A stretch of DNA of 55,867 nucleotides, the filler included, from Sphacelaria rigidula (lineage: Eukaryota), in NCBI GenBank assembly GCA_964200075.2. It is 5 parts of 5 records of this genome, joined end to end, with 100 filler letters (N's around TTAATTAATTAA, not from the genome) between each part and the next. Parts side by side here need not be neighbours in the genome. Positions count along the whole stretch, not along the records: positions 33,583 to 44,675 come from CAXNAA020005398.1; positions 44,776 to 55,867 come from CAXNAA020005399.1; 3 more parts are not named here. One strand, 5' to 3'. Made by a program: the position numbers and the translations under genes. The notes under the pieces were generated by a model. It worked only from the letters and a program-made list of their open reading frames with translations, was not told the DNA's origin and did not search any database. Below, piece by piece: positions 36,601 to 49,569 of this stretch (position 1 is its first letter; the number at the start of each line of letters is the position of its first letter).

Positions 36601-39600
36601 CACGTGCAGGTGAACGAACCTACCTGCCCCAGCGCCCCATCTCACCAGCCCCCACCCACGGCAGTTCATACTCGATACCTCGCAACGCCTTCGATATCAC
36701 TTTCAGTACAGAGCGCTACCCATCATCATCGAGTAATGCAGTAGACGAGTAGTCGAGTAGGTATTATCAAAACGAGGGAATCCACTGGCCACATAGAGTT
36801 CATCATGGGTGGGCAACTCTGGGAATACCTCGGTATTTCCTCTACCCCAGTTTGAGTATCTTGCGTACGAACTTGAATATTGAAGTTGAAGTGATGGGTT
36901 TTCGGGACATCAGATCCGGCCTCAGATACTCTACTCGAATATTGAGTAAGCACTCTCAATAGTACTTGAGTATAGAGCATTGCTTGAGAATGACCTCAAT
37001 ACTCAAATTTTGAGTAGGTAGAGTACGGCCTCAAATCCTCTACTCAAATACTGAGTAAGCACTCTCAGTGATACTGGAGTATAGAGGAGCACTTGGGTAT
37101 GACCTTAATACTCTACTCGAATAATTGAGTAGCCTGAGTACGACCTCAACTACTCTGCTCAGAAGTCGAGTACTAAATAAAAGTGCAGGCTGGGCCGTCC
37201 AAGACGCGGACAGGGATGTGAACACGCGATTTAGCAACTCAATTTTTGGTCGCCTTCTATGAAATTTTGACACAATGTTTAGGACTTATGTGCAAAGACG
37301 CCCCCATTTGTCCCGTACATTTTCTTTTTTTAGGGGGGGGAATTATTTACGATTTTGTTCCGAAAAACTATTCTGAATTATTTGGTCGCCGATAACTCAC
37401 GGAGAAAAAAACAAATATGTACGGGGCAAATGGGGACGGGGCGTCTTTGCACATACATCCTGTACATCGTGTCAAAATTTCATAGAAAACGACTTAAAAT
37501 TAATCTGCTTAATCGCGTGTTCGTGTCCGGGACTGGTTTCCGTGTGGAGAATTACAAGCCACGAAAAACTGAAACGCGGTCATGCTGTTCAATTTCAAGT
37601 GTCTTTTCACGAAATTCCGACACAATGCGCATGAGGTATATTGTGAAGTACTCATTGTCCCCCCTTGACATTTTTGTTTTTTTTTCAATGAGTTGTCGAC
37701 GCTTTTGTACCAGGAAGAATTGTTCCGAAATTTAGATCACCAATAACATACGAGGAAAATAAAATAAAAAAGGGGGGGGGGGGAACGGTAAGGGCTCGAC
37801 ATATACCCCATGTACATCGTGTCAAAATTTCACGGAAAACAACTTCCAATTGAGCAGTGAAATCGCGTTTTTCTGTCGAGAATCGGTTCACATGCTTTTA
37901 GAGTACAATAACCTCAGCCGGGACTTTGACGTTTTCTACAAGCGCGACGCCTTGGTGCGCTGGAGGTCTCGTCTACGTGCCATCTCAGACACTGCGCGCC
38001 TACAGTACGACATGCCTTGTTGTACGACCATAACTACTGCAGCACCATTACTTTGCGGCCGCGGCACAACTGACTGTAACCATAAATGCGATTTCAGCCG
38101 TTTCCCCCCCTAATTCCGCCGCACATGCCACCCTCAACTCTCTACACTTTGCAGCTGACTGCAGTTCGGTATTTCGTTAGATAGGAACTTGTCAGATCGC
38201 AGTGCTAGGTGAAGTGAAAGACGCGCGTTGATTTGCAGATCACCACAATGTGTCATAGTAGGCACAACCCGCGATAGATCGTCGGTTAGAGCCGGTTAAA
38301 GGAAAGTCCGCTTCTTAGGCGGCCCAGCCTGCATGACTCTTGAAAAGTACCGAGTATTGAGTATACTCTACTCGACCTACCCTCGGGCATTTTGAAATAC
38401 CCGATTGGGCAGGTACGGTAGGTATTGAAATCTCGAATTGTCGCGGTATCCTAGGTATCGTAGTTATGACTTTTGAAAAAACGCGATTGAGCGATTACGG
38501 TAGGTATTGAAATCTCGAAATCCCGTGGTATCGTGGGTATCGTAGGTACGACATTTGAAAATACCCGATTGAGCGGGTACGGTAGGTATTGAAATCTCGA
38601 AAGACTATGGTATCGTGGGTAGCGTAGGTGTAAGTTTTGAAAATACCCGATTGGACCGGTATCGGTAGGGTATGACATGTCCCCAATACCGGTACCGGGT
38701 ACCTGCGTTTTTCACGGTGCCTGTGGAAGATTCCACACCCTGTACATCTGCAATAGTTGATGGTTGTTTCTCTGACAACCAACTGTTTAGGATCGTGTGC
38801 AACTAGTTGTTTCCAAATAACTTACTATTCAGACTCGTGCGCAACTAGCAGTTTGCAGACAACCAACTATTCAGAATCGTGTGTAAGTTGTTGTTTCAGA
38901 ATAACTACCAGGTGGTTGGTCGACAAAACAACCAACTTTAGTTGGTTACAGTTGGAAAAAATGAAAACTCTGTCTAGTAGTAGGGTGAACTCGTATCTGT
39001 GTAGTTGGTTACAGTTGGAAAAAATGAAAATTCTGTCTAGTAGTGGGGTGAACTCGTATCTGTGCAGGACAGGAAGTAGGCCAGAAAGATCAGACCGACC
39101 TATTCCCGGATAAAGGAAAATACAAAAGTGTGCGGTGTGATGCAACGCAAAGGCATCCGCCATTCGGTGCGCGGGCATGACACGTTCAAGGCCATAACAA
39201 ACCTCGCTAGGCCATAACAAAGCAGAAGAAGTGGGATCGGTTGATTTATATTACTTTTTTCCCACACAAGTACCAAACCTCGACCGATAAATGGCCTGGA
39301 ATTTCTTATTCCGAATTACGCTCGGCCCGTTTTCTAAATGGCCCCATCTCATCTCCATTTTGCGAGTTGGACTTTGAAATTTGGTACTGAGGAAGAATAG
39401 AGCATGCTTGGAAGCTGTCTATCGGGATCCACAGATTTTGTTTATATTTTCGTGAGGTGACGGTGTTTTCCTGATATCTAGGTACTGATTATTGTCGTTA
39501 ACTCATGGAGAGAAAAAATGTAGATCCCGATCGACAGCTTTTTAGCATGCTCCATTCTTCCTCCGTACCAAATTTCAAAGTCCAACTCGCAAAGTTGAGG

Positions 39601-42600
39601 TGAGACGGGATCTGCAAACCACAAATTCGCGTCTATGCCGGCCCAGCTCGTTATATATCAGAATCGTGCGCAACTAGATGTTTGGAAACAACTAGCCGGT
39701 AGTTAGTCGACAAACAACGAAGTTAGTTGTTAGTCATCGTTGTACTGTATGGGGCGTAATTTTTCTCTCATGCCTGGTGATCATTTCTTGCTGTTCACTG
39801 GTGTGCAGTTGCTGAGTTTTTCCTTCTTATCGAAATTTTGGCGTTGATCGTGTGTTTCTCCGGAAGTCGGGGGGCGAGCACTCATCCATCCGCGGTTTGT
39901 AGTAAACTGGAGTGACGTGTCCACCAGCGGCGTATCGTTGTCTACCGCTCAAGTTTCACGTCTTTGACCGCGGGTCTGATGGGAAGGTTGATGCAACAGT
40001 CTTGAGATGGTGCAAGCGGGTGGCCATGATTCCACGGGTCGGACGAATCAATGATTCGTCCGGAAATTACTTGATTTTAGTCTGATTGACTTGTACTGTA
40101 CGAATCAATCCTTGGGCTGTTTTCAGTATTGCAACCCAGGTACACGCAGCCCAGGCACGCGGAATCGCGCAAAAGTTGCGTGGGAACCTTTTTGAACATC
40201 GATGAACATTCATCTCTCCCCTTCGAGCTATCAGGCCTAAAAAAATCGTGGATTTGGTGATTCGAACCGGCGATGATTCGTCCGAACCGTGCATGATTTC
40301 TGCGCAAAGAGCTGTTTCTTCTTATGCGCGCGTGTACTTCGCACAAACTATGGATTCTTGTTTTTCGGTCTTCCAGACTAAAATCAAGTAGATGTAACGC
40401 CACGGCGGGGTTTCCGCTTCGAAATGACCCCTTTCAAACGAGAAGCATTTTTGTTTCGGGAAAAAACGCATACAAAATCAAAGCCTAGCAAACAACGACA
40501 CACACCACTTCATATATTTTTGGAGAAACGCACGATCCTCCAACCACGGAGACAGCTACAGAGCACACCCCAAGAGGAAGCATACGCCGTTCCTTCATTT
40601 TCGTGCAACCCCCATCATGCTTTCGGGAGGAGCTATGTCATCCCTCCTTCTGTTGGGCACGACCTGAACAGCAAGTCACTGGCACCTGGTGAATAATCGA
40701 GGGTGCAATACTGTGACTTATCCTGCCCGGACGGTGCGTGTGTGTAGGTTGTAGCTGCTCACTCGGTGAAAGTGTACGGAGTGTGCGGAGCCGCGACGTG
40801 GACTTGAACAGGACGCACTTTGCAAGTCGGTTTGGGTTGAGACACAGAGGGACAGACTAGGCGATGCGCCCACGAGAAAGCATTCCGATACGGGAGAATG
40901 ACGATCCCAGACTGGGGATTGGATGATGACAGTCCCAGAGTGACGGACGCGAGAAGACGGTCCGGGTTGACTAACCCGGGGTCATTAGTAAGCGGTTCGG
41001 GTCATACAGAGGTCATAATGACACGGTATCATGCATTTTGTATGATCACGATACAATCATGTAACCCAATGAATTGATGAGTTATTATTAATTAATTAAA
41101 TATACTGCGTCTTTCCCTTGTCGAAGAAGCATATATATATATATATATGTGTAATGTACACCTATAATTTTAATTTTTGATTTATGTAGTACGAGTCGTA
41201 GGTACCTGGGATCGTACCTACTATATAAATCAAAAAATAAAATTGATTGTTTGAGGATGGATGGGTGGATTTTATTTTATTTTTTGGACAAGGGAAAGAC
41301 AATAGTTCATGACCTGCCCCAAGCCGGAATAACTTCTTGATGCCGGGATGACTGTATTGTAGTCACCAGTAATTTCTCGATATATTTGGACGGGTCTGGT
41401 GGCAAGTACATGGTGCACATATAAATGTCGTTCAGCACAAATAGGAAAAGCACGAATCGTTTTAGTGACACAATAACTATTGACCACATAAATGAATGAA
41501 TTAAAGATTGTTTGAGGATGGATGGTTGGTTTTTATTTTTTGGACAAGGGAAAGACAATATATCGAGATAGTGCGGGGCAATGCGCAAAAAACAACTCTT
41601 CTTGATGGGCTCGTTGTGATTCGGTCCGTTTTCACGTGACACATCGGGCGGCTGTAAGTGATGATGTATGTGACCCCACTCCATCAAGCAAAAATATGCG
41701 TGTAAGAAAGCGACTGTAGTGCAACAACCGACGGCATGGATTGGTGACCGGAGCGCATATAGTTATGTGGACCTGCTCAAGTGAACAACGTTTGATGACT
41801 GCCTCCGCCCCATCCGCTGTGACCCTTGCTGGTGCACAGAATCGTGCGGGCCGACCAGACCACAATGTATGCAGGACAGCGGACTAGACGCATTTCGAAG
41901 CAAATATGACTACTGTTGTCTTGGTGTACAGTAGGGAAATCAAGAACAGTGCTCCATGAGCAAAGCTACCATCGGAATCGCGGGGGCAGCCTTTACTGCT
42001 GTATTTTCTCACTTGTCTGCCTGAAGACTGTTGTATCATCTGTAGTTCGACTTCTGTCGTTGTGAAGTTCACAGTGCCGTCCGTACTGTGGACAGTAACT
42101 GTACCGTTGTCACAATGACTGCAAAGTGTCATCGTGCAACTACTACAACGGTACATACACTACTGTTCGGCGGAATGGCATCACTTTGGACATGATGGGT
42201 ACTGAGAAGATGAACATCATAAACATGTCCTGTTCACTTCACGGTCAAAGTGGACCAAGAAACATGAGACTCGCAGAGAACAATCGCATAGATCCGTAAG
42301 TGCTACAATCAGTAGTCCTGGTAGGTTGTACATGAGTCGCTGCATCGTATCACCTTCCACAAAAAATTACCGCGATCATCATGCAGTAAAGTCCTTAGAG
42401 CACCTGGGCCCATGAAGCGACAGCAAGAAACCGTGTTCATACTTGTACTCTATCACGTGATCACTCAGGGCGAGACAGTCTCCAAAACCTGCGAGGGTCG
42501 GACGAATAACGATCGAGTGATTCCTCTGAAGACGACCCCCCTTCACTTCTTTTACTCCCACAGCTTGAATCACTCTTCAGGCTTTGTTTTCAGGGTTTCA

Positions 42601-43299
42601 CCTCAGGCACGCATATCCCAGGCACGCGGGACGCCGCGCACTTTACGTGGAGACGCTTTTGACCCGGGGCTCACATTTCCTTGTCTTTTGAGCAATCACG
42701 CCTCAGAAATCGTAGATTTGGTGATTCCACCCAGCGATAATTTGTCCGAACCTTGAAACCCGGGCAGCAAACTAATGTCAGTGGTACTGCAGTAGTACAA
42801 CTGCATCATGGTCAGGGCAGCAATGCCATACAGTACAAGTACATAACCTTGCAATGTTTTGGACCACCTGCGGCGGGAAAGCCGCACGATTACCCCTGCC
42901 GACAGCTACATCATCCAAAGATATCTTCGAAATCTACTACAAAAGTCCATAAAGATATCCTGGGAGTGCCAGCGTCGTGAGATATCATCAATAGAATCGA
43001 GGTGTAACACTCATCACGTGGGGGGGGGGGGGTGTTAAACTCCGTCAAAAACAGTGTGCGTGCCAGAACAAAAAAAATGTGGCGAAACGACTTACCGCGA
43101 CGCCGTACACCACATAGTCGGCTTCCATGAAGAGTTGCCCCCCCCATACACCAATAGCAACAAGAATTGCCGAGAGGACCAGCGTCAAGCCCTGCGCGAC
43201 TCTAGAAGGCGCCACTGGCTCCAATACCATGCACCCTCTAACTCGCACCCATGATCCTCTCAGGCTTTCCATGCACCTCCCTCGAAGTGTCCGGATCAT
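33640..43299 (-). CDS. Probable multi-exon membrane protein, partial (best exons ~43299-43096, 42159-42013, 35987-35888, 33786-33640)
   Basis: Exons with canonical splice sites encode hydrophobic helices: GLTLVLSAILVAIGVWGG..YGVA|gtaagt; STCFIFLSVILWSHAT|gtacga joined in phase to GISSWTDDDGYSEPEFWGLVLQTVCLPAAAIALMSFSLHFYKSPAWNPW|gtacgt. The middle exons are uncertain. Confidence 0.5.
34125..34477 (-). mobile_element. SINE family B copy
   Basis: A box TGGCTCAGTTGG and B-box-like GGTTCGAACG on the minus strand. Confidence 0.8.
34638..34999 (-). mobile_element. SINE family B copy
   Basis: A box TGGCTCAGTTGG and B box GGTTCGAATCT on the minus strand. Confidence 0.8.
35162..35674 (+). mobile_element. 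Tc1/mariner-type MITE, copy 2
   Basis: TA|CAGTAGTAGGCGGT..ACCGCCCACTACCG|TA; colinear with 9095-9643. Confidence 0.85.
36190..37175. repeat. Arrays of the near-palindromic TACTCTACTCAAATATTGAGTA motif (36190-36460, 36925-37175)
   Basis: Motif recurs at roughly 35-45 bp intervals; related blocks at 26800-26955 and 38345-38390. Confidence 0.75.
37213..37529. mobile_element. Long-TIR foldback MITE; related element adjacent at about 37565-37875
   Basis: GAACACGCGATT..TATGAAATTTTGACAC..TGCAAAGACGCCCC is mirrored at 37420-37528. Confidence 0.75.
38392..38670 (+). repeat. Tandem repeat, unit about 81 bp, about 3.5 copies
   Basis: AAATACCCGATTG..TACGGTAGGTATTGAAATCTCGAA recurs; related block at 36045-36175. 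Confidence 0.85.
38940..39065 (+). repeat. Near-exact tandem duplication of about 63 bp inside a CAACTAGTTG-rich repeat (38751-39740)
   Basis: AGTTGGTTACAGTTGGAAAAAATGAAAA.TCTGTCTAGTAGT.GGGTGAACTCGTATCTGTG x2. Confidence 0.85.
39343..39609. mobile_element. MITE with TIRs of about 90 bp
   Basis: TTTGCGAGTTGGACTTTGAAATTTGGTAC..GATC is mirrored by GATC..GTACCAAATTTCAAAGTCCAACTCGCAAA. Confidence 0.8.
40033..40291 (+). mobile_element. hAT-like MITE, copy 3
   Basis: CACGGGTCGGACGAATCA..TGATTCGTCCGAACCGTG; 8-bp TSD CATGATTC/CATGATTT. Confidence 0.85.
42492..42755 (+). mobile_element. hAT-like MITE, diverged copy 4
   Basis: CGAGGGTCGGACGAAT..ATTTGTCCGAACCTTG; flanks aaaacctg/aaacccgg. Confidence 0.65.
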
Positions 43300-44675
43300 T
43301 GTCGTGCCAATATCCCAAATCCACGACAGATGTGACGGCTTCAGATGGTAGTTCCCGACAGTACCGAAGCAGGCCTCCTAGCTTCTTGGATCGTTTGACG
43401 CTCCTCTCTTTACAAGGAGTTCATTGCCCGATTCTTCTGGGCTCATGCGCCACTATCTCACCGTTCGACTCAGGGGTGTTGTTGTTGTCTGTCTGCTTGG
43501 ATGTGTGGGACTGGAAATAATGTCACTGATCAGTCAAATGCGTGAATCGTGAATGAAACCGTCACGGTCAAATGAAAATTTAAAATTTGGTCGGTATCGG
43601 GTATCCTGACGCAAGATCTCGTGTGACCTCCACGGGGGATCTAGAGATGTGGACGAGATAAGAAACCTCTGAGAATCCGACGAAACATCATTGGAAAACG
43701 CCAGTATACGCGTAAGTTGGTTTTCTGTGTTACCACTACCTGTCAAAGGTGTTGACGTAGAGGGCACATGAAGCATGACCTTTGGTCATAAGCTTTGCCG
43801 TGAGGCGAGGTCGTATAAAAAGTGGGGGCTTGGGGGAGGATATGAGGTGCAAAATGGCAATTTTAAAAGGCAACCTGGACGTCCGCCGCTCGTAGCTGCG
43901 TCATTTTTCTTCTCTATGTAATAACGTTCTGCTTCAGTAGTAAACACCTTGTAACTTGAGACTGGTGCGGGATCTGGCGTCGCAACGACATGTAGGGTAA
44001 GGGTATGATATCCTAGCTAGAATATCATATCCTTTGCAACGATAGGTGTCCTGTACATGCGGTTGATGCTTCTGTGTACTTTTTCGTTAGTCATTTTCCG
44101 GGTCCGGGGATCCTTCGTTTCGGAACAGTTATGAGTCAAGGTAGGTTGTAGCGCAGGCCTCATGATCGCTTGACTCTGTTGTCCATCATATGGGAAGTCA
44201 ATGCACACTTATCCCACCCGCGTGGCGTCATTGAAAATTCAAGAGAAGGAAAACCAGGAAGTGCAGGTGCTCAGGTGGGATACCGCACATTTTTCATGTG
44301 CATCTTACTGCCCTCTGACACCTGGTGGGCCTTACCCGCATACTAGGTCCAAGTATGAGACGAAGTTTGCACACACGTGAAGTCTGATCGGGCGGTTGAC
44401 GACTGCCTAGAGCCGAGCTATTCAAATTGCTCATGATTTACGCCGATACATTGACAGTGCTGACATGGCTGGCACTTGGAATTTTTCTAAATGAGAAGCG
44501 AGTGCGACCCCACTTGAGTCTGCAGTACATCTCATCAGAGGAAGTCACTTCAAGGCAATCCAATTGGATCCTGTTCCAAAACGCCAGTTGACAGGTGGTG
44601 ATTTATTATTTTCTAATTAACAGCCAATCATCTATGTTGAGGATGGTGCTTTTGATTGAGGATGAGAACCCGGAG

Positions 44676-44775
44676 NNNNNNNNNNNNNNNNNNNNNNNNN
44701 NNNNNNNNNNNNNNNNNNNTTAATTAATTAANNNNNNNNNNNNNNNNNNNNNNNNNNNNNNNNNNNNNNNNNNNN
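44676..44775. other. Artificial contig linker
   Basis: N44-TTAATTAATTAA-N44. Confidence 0.97.
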
Positions 44776-47700
44776 AACACTACGTAGCACGATCATTCAC
44801 GTTGTGCGGAGTTGAGGTTCTCCCACGCCGCACAACATGATCTAGCTCGACTACCATCATGGTTACCCCAAACCAAACGGTAGGGGGGGCGCACTAACTT
44901 GTTGCTTGCCTTAGTCATGTGACCATTGACCACGCATCCCTTTCGAGACGGAGCATAGGGGGAGGGTGGGGGGTATTGAATTGCACGAAAAAAGAGGTTC
45001 ATAAGTGTGTCAGAGGACCTACCAAACTCGCGATGCGCTTGTATTTAGCTCAAAACGGTGTCAATCGGTATGAATGAGCGTTACCCATCTATAAAAACTT
45101 GTTCGAGCAACTGTTTTTGCTTTGAATGACGATTTGACCTGAAATTTCGTGCAAGAAGTGGCCCAAAATACCACCCCCCCCTATCGTAGGATAACTCCCT
45201 AGCACAACCTGCTGGAAGGATTTCCACGGAGGAGTCTGGCGGCTGGGGACAGCCTGAAGCACTACGGACGCGTGGACGGGATTTAAGCTGATGGTAGCTG
45301 CAGAAAGGCGGCTGGCCTGTGATTGATCCTGACTGGAGACTTGCTGAAGCTGCGTGCAGCGGGAGCTTGGAGGCTCCTACAACTGTGTGGTGTGGCGACG
45401 AAGCAAGGAAGTGTGCAATTTGCGAAGGTCGGCTGGCCTGCGAAAGATTCGTAGGTAGCCGACTGCAGCTATGGCGACCGGCTCGCGTATTGCGACCAGC
45501 GTGATGCCCGTAGTAATGCTGTAGGAGTTGCGACCTCCCCAATACGGCGATATGTACTCCGAGAGTGCATATCGCACTTTCTATACAAAGTACACGCGGA
45601 GTGCAGAAAGCGTGTGGAGCACGCTGACGCAGCGGGTGCAGTGCGACACCAGGTAGTGTCGATGGTTCAGCAAGTACCGACGCATGTGCAACGAGTGTTT
45701 GCGCGCGTGGAACATAGAAAAAGCACAACCAACCCGCCGCCATTGGTTGTGGCGATCAAAAAGCATGCTGGGCATGCGGCGGGCACTTGCCACTGTTGTG
45801 GCCAGGTCGGTCATTACGCGCGCGATTGCCCAACATCTTCCTGCGGAGAGTCTGGGTAGTCTCATGCCACACGCCATCAGCATCGTCAGCACAAGGACAA
45901 AGGACGAGATAATCGGGGTGGTGGCGGCGGCGGATCCTCCGGCGGTGGAGGGTCACAGTCGAGTCCTCAGCACCAGCACCACCAGCACCAGCACCAGCAC
46001 TGGGGGCAGCGGCGTCACCATGGGTCTGGTTCTGGGTCCGGCGCCGCCGTAGGTACTGCTGCTCTGCAATGGGTGGTGCTGGTGGGACCGATTTCTACAG
46101 TGTCGGACACTGCGCCGGCGCCGGTGGTGGCGCCGGTAGCGACACCGGCAGCAGCGCCAGGCGCGACGCCTGCTGATACGCTCGTCGGAGGTTCGCCAAC
46201 TTCTTGGTCTGCTGGCTGGGGGTCGTACCCGCCAGCGGTGCCGTTTTGACCTGTCGGGGCGTCTTCGCCTGCGCAACATGTGCAGCCGTGGCGTCGAGTG
46301 GGATTAGCGACGCATCGGTTGGCGGATAAAGCGCCAGTGGAGTTTGCGCACAAATGCGTTCCTGCGGAGCTGTGTTTTCCAAAGCATCGGGAGCGTGAAG
46401 TCATTGCGGTTCGGGCTATGTGGCATTCTGGCGCCCACTTCCCGAAACATTTGAGTCTGTCGGTGCAGATTGTAGAGATGTTGGAGCGCCTTCTCCCGGG
46501 TGTGCCGCTGCGCATTGCGTTTTTGCTCGGGGTGCAGCAGGCCGTCACCGCGTCGGGTCAGCATGTTCACTTCACACAGCGTACTGTTCTGCTGCAGCTG
46601 GCTTTCACGACTTCCCGGGGGCCCGCGCCGTTGCCTCCGATCTCGTTTGCAATCATGCCGGGGTCGGATGACGTCATTCTTCTGGGTTGCCGATGCTTGA
46701 GTCGACCCGTATGCGCGGTTGTGGGACTCCATGAAGACGCGGATGTCTTCGCCTTTTGGTCCGCGCTTGGAGACGCCAGCCGTTTCGGGCAGTCGTCGCG
46801 TGAGCTTGTCGGTGGATGCTTTTCAGGAGGCCAGGGGGCAGGTGATCGAGGTGCGAGATACGACGGTGGAATGCTTGGTAGAGCGCGGCCCGGAGATGTT
46901 TATGGATCCGGCGGAAGAGGAGTCCGCTCGGAAGGTCACGCTTGAGAAGAGCGTGACAAATGCCGTGGCGAAAGGCCTCAGTGTCTCAAAAGCGGAGCGC
47001 CTGCGCGGCATATTTCATCGCCGCGTCAACGCGTTTCGTCGTGCGCTGCGGGGTGTCCCCCCTGCGCGCCTGGAACCCATGCGTGTTCAGCTCAAACCTA
47101 GGGCGTTCGCGGTGAAGACGAAGCCGCGGCGGCATGATCCAGTGAAGTCGAGTTGGTTGGCGGAGTACATGGCGACTCTTTTTGCGCTTGAGTTGGTGTT
47201 ACGGAACTTGCAGGCGGGGTGGTCCAGTCCGGATGTGGCGTTTCCAAAGAAGGCTGCATCGTGGACGGAGAGCAGGCTGCAGGCGTGGGCGGCAGCGAAG
47301 GATCTGGTAGATCATGCCGTGACGCTGTTCCATCCTCGTCCTGATTGGCAGGTGTTGATGTTTCCGGTGCATCTGAGTGCCGTTGGGGTAGTTTTGTCAC
47401 GCAGGTGCCTAAAGTTGAAATGCGAAGACGCCCGCCGGTCGAGGATATGACGCATGAACCGCTGGCTTTCCTCGGTGGTTCTTCCAAGGATTCGCAGTTG
47501 CGCTGGGCCACAATTGACAAGGAAGGTTCTGCTATCGTGAGCACTTTCCGTCGTTTCGAGCATCGTTTGTGGGATGGCGTGCACATTTTCACGGATCACC
47601 GCAATCTCGTGTATATTTCCAACCCGGAAGCGTGCGTTACGTCTGTGTCCAAGGCGTTGGCACAGCGTTTGGAGGGTTGGAAAGCTGTTCTTGGCCACTA

Positions 47701-47981
47701 TCGTTACTCGATTAACCATATTTCGGGTGACCGTAACTCGTGGGGTGACTTGCTTTCGCGTTGGGTGAATATTCCGACTTTGCCTGTGCACGCTGTGGCT
47801 ATGTACTGTCCGTATGAACCTGATGACTCGATGCCGTCCAAATTTGTTGTCCGCCAAGCCCAACGAAAAGACCTTGGGGCCGGAGATGCGGGTGTGCAAT
47901 CTTTCGAGTCGGACGTTGGTACTACTAACTTGGGCAATGAAGGTATGTTCCGTGTGCATGTGCGTGGCCGAAACGTTTTGT

Positions 47982-48142
47982 GACACTTTTTACGATAGCC
48001 CCCACAAAACCAGCTAAAAGTGTCACGAACAAAATGACCATACAGCGCCTGATGTTCGGNNNNNNNNNNATTTCGATTTACGTGAAGATTTTGCCTCCCA
48101 AAACCATGCACTTTTTGGGGGGGGGCTATCGTAGAAAGTGTC
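47982..48142. mobile_element. MITE inserted in the gypsy pol gene
   Basis: TIR GACACTTTTTACGATAGCCCC / GGGGCTATCGTAGAAAGTGTC, 4-bp TSD TTGT. Removing it restores the frame ..GRNVL-CIPSSDKQLQVRL.. Confidence 0.9.
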
Positions 48143-49569
48143 TTGTGTATTCCGAGCTCTGACAAGCAGTTGCAGGTACGTCTGATGTTTTTCGCGCACA
48201 TGCGCGACGCCGGGCATCGTTGTGCGGCTGCGACGCTCGTGCGCTTGCAAGCGTTTTGTGTCTGGCAGGGGATAGAAACTCGTGTGCGCGAATTTGTCCG
48301 CCAGTGTCTTCACTGGGCTGACTCGAGGGCGGGCGATGTTGATCCCCGCCCTCTTGGTGAAACGGTCCATGGGACCATGCTGAATGAAGTCGTTCATTTC
48401 GACTTCTTGTACGTGGGCGAGAGTGGCCCGCTAGCTTCCCAAGGTTTGTCGGAAGATGTTGGGTTTCGATATATTGTGGTAATCGTGGATGATTTGAGAG
48501 CAACTTTGTGGCTCTGGAACCAGTAGCAGTGTGTACTGCTGAATCGACTACTGTATCTTTACTACATTGGTGCAAAACTTTGGGGGTGCCGCGTGTGTGG
48601 GTGAGTGATACACCCACGTGTTTCAAGAATGCGACCTTGGCCCGATTGCAAGAGGCTTTGCACCATGATCACCAGTTTGCGGTGGCGTATTCTCCGTGGT
48701 CGCACGTGCGAACGCATGGTCAAGGAAGTAGTTCGTGCTCTTCGCTCTCCTCTTCTCGAGCAGCCGAGTGGGTGGACGTGTTGCCTGTGGTGCAATGGGC
48801 GCTAAATACAGCGTATCGTCGTCGTTACGATAGTACGCCGTACCACGTGATGTTTGGTCGTGCTACTCGGACGTCTTTCTGGGTGTTGGCGTCTTCGTCG
48901 GCGTGGGAACGGAAGTGTCATGTTTTGAACGATGGTCAAATCGAGCGTGCATTGCAAGGGGTCTTGAACTTGCAAGAACGTTTCCATGTTCAAGCGCAGG
49001 AACGTGTTGCCGCTGAACGTGCGCGTAGACGTGAGGGGTCCTCGTCGGGGCTGGAAATACCGAATTCTGAGGTAGGCGACTATGCCTTGTATGCACGCGT
49101 GCGTCGTCCGGGCGTTACGCCCAAGTTGATGGCGACGTGGACTGGTCCATGGAGGGTGGTTGGGGCTCACCATCCGCACGTGTTTGAGATTAAGACCATT
49201 GTCTCGGGTTGTGTTCAGCAGATCGCCCATGTAGCTCGTTTACGTTTATATGCAGACTCGCAGCTTGATGTTACGGCTGACGTTAAGAACGCTTTCTATC
49301 AGGGGCAATTTCAGATGGCTGGTATTGTCCGAGTGGCAGAAGCAGACGATCCCTCGTTGATCGTGTTGGTCGAATGGCTTGGTTTCGAAGTTGAGGAGCG
49401 TACGTTGGAGCCTTTCAAGGGTATTTTTAAGGCTGCTCCGGAATTGTTCGCGAAGGAGTTGCGTGAATCGCGCGTGACTCGTGCCGTTGCTACTTGCATT
49501 ACAACGGTTCGGCGTTTTCTATGTGTCGAGCTTGTTGATTGATTTTCGTACAACGCGCTTTGGGGCTGC

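Noticed and set aside
36190..37175. CRISPR-like array of palindromic repeats
   Set aside because: The repeats are degenerate, the linkers resemble each other, spacing is irregular, there are no cas genes and the context is eukaryotic.
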